Source: Malacoraja senta
Taxonomy: Eukaryota
Reading direction: 5' to 3'
Assembly: GCA_038087875.1 (NCBI GenBank)
Contig: CM075995.1
Location: 8,620,001 to 8,684,000, forward strand
Length of the DNA: 64,000 bases
This document shows, piece after piece, positions 62,301 through 64,000 of the stretch (position 1 is its first letter; each line of letters starts with the position of its first letter). The translations under genes and the position numbers were made by a program. The notes under the pieces were generated by a model. That model had not been told where the DNA came from. It made no database searches and saw only the letters and a program-made list of their open reading frames with translations.

Positions 62301-64000
62301 CAGCGAAGGCCTCCATCTGCAGAACACATAGCTCGCGGCGTAACATCAAAATATATTAAAAAAACAAAAGTTTCAAGAAGCAAAAGATCGCATTTGCCAA
62401 AACATGTTTCTCAGGAACGGATTGGAAACAGATGTCGATCTTTTCCTGCTACGGCAGATTGCCGTATGAATCATTTTAAGGAGCAAGAATCCCAAAATAG
62501 CAAGTGCTGGAAGCAGCCAGGAACTGTTGTCAGTAGCAGTCCAAGTGGACAAATTAAACATGCCAAATCCCAGCGCCCCCCCCCCCCCCCCCCAGGCAAG
62601 AACCTCGCACCTTAGGCACGAGGAACGGCAGATGCTGCAGTCTTGAGGGCCTGTCCCACTTACGCGTGCTTGGCACGCTAATTAGGCGACCTCGTGGTCG
62701 CGTTGAGGCGCGACGGGCTTCGTGTGTCCGCGCGGGGCCGGCCCCACTGAGAAGGGTCTTGGGCCTGTCCCACTTTGACCGTCAGTTACGCGACAGGCCG
62801 TTGGTGCGCAAAGATTTAGTTCGCTACAAAGTTTTCGGAGCGCCGCGCGATATCGCGCACATCTCCATACCCCTCAGTGGGACTGGCCCCGCGCAGCCAT
62901 ACGATGCCCGTGTGCCTCAACGCGACCACGAGGTCACGTAATTTGATCAATGTGATCATGGCTGATCATCCCCAATCAGTACCCCGTTCCTGCCTTCTCC
63001 CCATATCCCCTGACTCCGCTACCTTTAAGAGCTCGATCTAACTCTCTCTTGAAAGCAAACAGAGAATTTGGCCTCCACCGCCCTCTGAGGCAGAGAATTC
63101 CACAGACTCACCACTCTCTGGGTGAAAGAGAGTTTTCGCCTGTTTCCGCACTGTATCTCTAAACCAAACTAAATTAAACTGAACTAATCTTTTCTTTCAA
63201 CAATGCGAGCTGCTTCCCGTCTTTCCAAAAGTTCCAAGTTCGCATTAAAGAAGGTTGGCAAAAATAAAGTGAGATCAGTTACCATGCTGCATTTATTAAA
63301 TCATTTATCATGCCGCATTTATTAGATCCATTACAAGTTACCATACGACTGGGAAGATTTGCTTCAGAAACTCCTGGCATTTGAAACACTTTAATAGGAT
63401 AATCAGAAGTCTAAGATGCTACAGTGGGCTGTGTTTAGCTTTTTAGTTTAGTTTATTGTCACGTGTATCGAGGTTCAGTGAAAAGCTTTTGTTGCGTGCT
63501 AACCAGTTAGCGGAAAGACAATGCATGATTACAATCGAGCCGTCCACAGTGTACGGATACAGGATAAGGGAATAACGTTTAGTGCAAGGTAAAGCCAGCA
63601 AAGTCCGATCAAGGATAGTCCGAGGGTCACCAAAGAGGTAGATAGTAGTTCAGGACCGCTCTCTGGTTGTGGTAGGATGATTCAGTTGCCTGATAACAGC
63701 TGGGAAGAAACTGTCCCTGAATCTGGAGGTGTGCGTTTGTTTTCACACTTCTGTACCTCTTGCCCGATGGGAGAGGGGAGAAGAGGGAGTGGCCGGGGGT
63801 AGTTTAGAGATACCGCGCTGAAACAGGCTGTTGGGCCCACCGAGTCCGCGCCGACCAGCGTTCACCTCGTACACTAGCGCTATCCCACACACACACTGGG
63901 GACAATTTACAGAAGCCAATTAACCTACAAACCCGCACGTCTTTGGAGTGTGGGAGGAAACCGAAGATATCGGGCGAAAAACCCACGCGGGTCACGGGGA

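Noticed and set aside
53032..64000. Upstream MYO10 motor exons (e.g. FEQFNINYANEKLQ)
   Set aside because: Not found by eye on the minus strand; probably in the 54275 gap or outside the window

Overview
Repeat-dense vertebrate genomic DNA, almost certainly elasmobranch and probably a skate or ray (inferred from HE1/V-type SINEs and HER1/CR1 LINEs). Two spliced genes converge on a 200-N gap at 12449-12648. On the + strand are two 3' coding exons of an LZTFL1-family gene (5765-5941, 9265-9368). On the - strand are 13 exons of a myosin-X (MYO10-family) gene from 53031 down to 14411, covering the distal motor, IQ motifs, SAH/coiled coil and PEST region; no PH/MyTH4/FERM exons were found. Most of the rest is transposon-derived: CR1, L2, Rex1/Babar, RTE, Tx1, Penelope-like elements (PLE), a Tc1 interrupted by CR1, hAT- and Harbinger-like MITEs, SINEs and minisatellites. 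The most interesting signal is a Penelope-derived minimal hammerhead-ribozyme-like motif. It occurs on a GIY-YIG fragment, as ~95-bp insertions with their own target-site duplications, as head-to-head palindromes, and inside a dispersed 66-bp-array plus hairpin cassette. Other notable points: a candidate 'headless' MYO10 first exon, a GC-AG intron, a duplicated splice acceptor, a frameshifted GC-rich exon and a ~2-kb tandem duplication with CR1 breakpoints. Homology calls rest on my recall of the proteins and families; no searches were run.
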